Origin: Candidatus Pacearchaeota archaeon
Lineage (GTDB): Archaea; Nanobdellota; Nanobdellia; Pacearchaeales; GW2011-AR1
Direction of reading: 5' to 3'
Assembly: GCA_041649755.1 (NCBI GenBank)
Contig: JBAZMK010000001.1
Span: 66,826 to 130,825, forward strand
DNA length: 64,000 nt
The notes beneath the pieces were generated by a model that ran no database searches, was not told the DNA's origin, and saw only the letters and a list, made by a program, of their open reading frames with translations. Below, piece by piece: positions 63,197 through 64,000 of the stretch. The translations under genes and the position numbers were made by a program. Position 1 is the first letter of the stretch, and each line of letters starts with the position of its first letter.

Positions 63197-64000
63197 ATGG
63201 TTAAAGGCAAGACTACCTTGATTATTACAGAAAAACCTCAGGCAGCGGCAAAAATAGCTCACGCTTTAAGTGACGGAAAAGATGAAAAAATAAACTCAAA
63301 AGAGAAGGTTTCTTATTATGAGTTTTATAAAAACAACAGAAGATATGTTGTCGGGTGTGCTGTCGGACATCTTTACGGCATTACTCAAACCGCCCCTAGA
63401 GGGACTTTTCCAAATTTTGAAGTTGAGTGGCGACCTACATTTACAAATAAAGGTAGTGCATTTACAAAGAAGTATTTTGACTTACTGAAGAAACTTGCGA
63501 GAGAATCTGATGAGTTTATTGTTGCAACAGACTTTGATGTTGAAGGGGAAGTTATCGGCTGGAATGTTGTCCGTTTTATATGTGGAAAAAAAGACGCAAA
63601 AAGAATGAAGTTTTCATCGTTGACTAATGAGGCATTGACAGAAAGTTTTGAATCAATTCTGCCTACGATTAACTGGGGTGCTGCTGTTGCCGGGGAAACA
63701 AGACACTTAATTGACTGGTTTTACGGAATAAATCTTTCAAGAGGGTTGATGAAAGCTCTTTCAAAAACGGGCGCATTCAGAATTCTTTCAATCGGAAGAG
63801 TCCAGGGTCCTTCTTTAAAAATTGTTTATGACAGGGAAATGGAGATTGAAGCTTTTAAGTCTGAACCTTTTTGGCAGATTTTCCTTCAAGTTAAAGACAT
63901 AAAAAATCAGAAAGTTGAGGTTAAGTTTCCTAAAGATATATTCAAGGAATCTGAATTGTTAAAGTTTAGGCATCTTAAAGGAAAGAAAGGGGTCGCATCA
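63197..64000 (+). CDS. DNA topoisomerase type IA (Toprim N-terminus), 5' partial; continues beyond the window
   Basis: MVKGKTTLIITEKPQAAAKIAHAL (Toprim EKP motif), Toprim acidic pocket FDVEGEVIGW; open to the window end, so not in the ORF track. Confidence 0.75.
   Translation, partial: MVKGKTTLIITEKPQAAAKIAHALSDGKDEKINSKEKVSYYEFYKNNRRYVVGCAVGHLYGITQTAPRGTFPNFEVEWRPTFTNKGSAFTKKYFDLLKKLARESDEFIVATDFDVEGEVIGWNVVRFICGKKDAKRMKFSSLTNEALTESFESILPTINWGAAVAGETRHLIDWFYGINLSRGLMKALSKTGAFRILSIGRVQGPSLKIVYDREMEIEAFKSEPFWQIFLQVKDIKNQKVEVKFPKDIFKESELLKFRHLKGKKGVAS

Noticed and set aside
1-64000. CRISPR arrays, rRNA genes, transposases or integrases
   Set aside because: No direct-repeat/spacer periodicity, no rRNA-like GC-rich structured stretches and no transposase or integrase motifs were seen. 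The only candidate mobile component is the intein plus TA cassette.

Overview
This is an AT-rich (~30% GC), gene-dense chromosomal segment from an archaeon. The small genes, heavy gene overlap and gene content suggest a small-genome, DPANN-like lineage; this is an inference, not a database result. The archaeal assignment rests on aEF-2, the conserved L7Ae–S28e–L24e cluster, L15e, Kae1, an archaeal-type ThrRS, Elp3, proteasome alpha, RNase P Pop5, Rpo11, Mre11–Rad50, RadB, and an intron-containing tRNA with a TATA box about 26 nt upstream. Housekeeping genes (three aaRS, an iscS/iscU cluster, RNase HII, RNase J-like, topoisomerase IA) are interleaved with two islands of secreted or anchored surface proteins (30683-35868 and 41703-44745/53120-61207). 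These proteins are rich in N-glycosylation sequons and end in a transmembrane segment followed by a lysine-rich tail. The most unusual locus is a 1922-aa surface protein (55439-61207, - strand) that carries GLUG repeats and a LamG domain. Directly after the LamG domain sits a 372-aa Hint/intein-like domain: Cys1, a TxxH block B, a C-terminal YDVTVPNH...GN|S block. Its central slot, where inteins normally hold a homing endonuclease, instead contains a ribbon-helix-helix antitoxin plus a RelE/ParE toxin on the opposite strand (56922-57478, +). The intein reading frame stays open through the antisense region as low-complexity sequence. Other points worth a second look: a second zinc-hook (CxxC) ATPase that has an SMC-type head but is not the Mre11-linked Rad50; a DisA-type diadenylate cyclase; a membrane protein with a class III nucleotidyl-cyclase-like cytoplasmic domain; a class II LysRS; a tRNA-Ile with an apparent UAU anticodon and a 43-nt intron; a frameshifted GNAT gene; and several short genes under 60 aa that the ORF track misses (L24e, a histone-fold-like protein, a pilin-like peptide). 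No CRISPR array, transposase or rRNA was seen.
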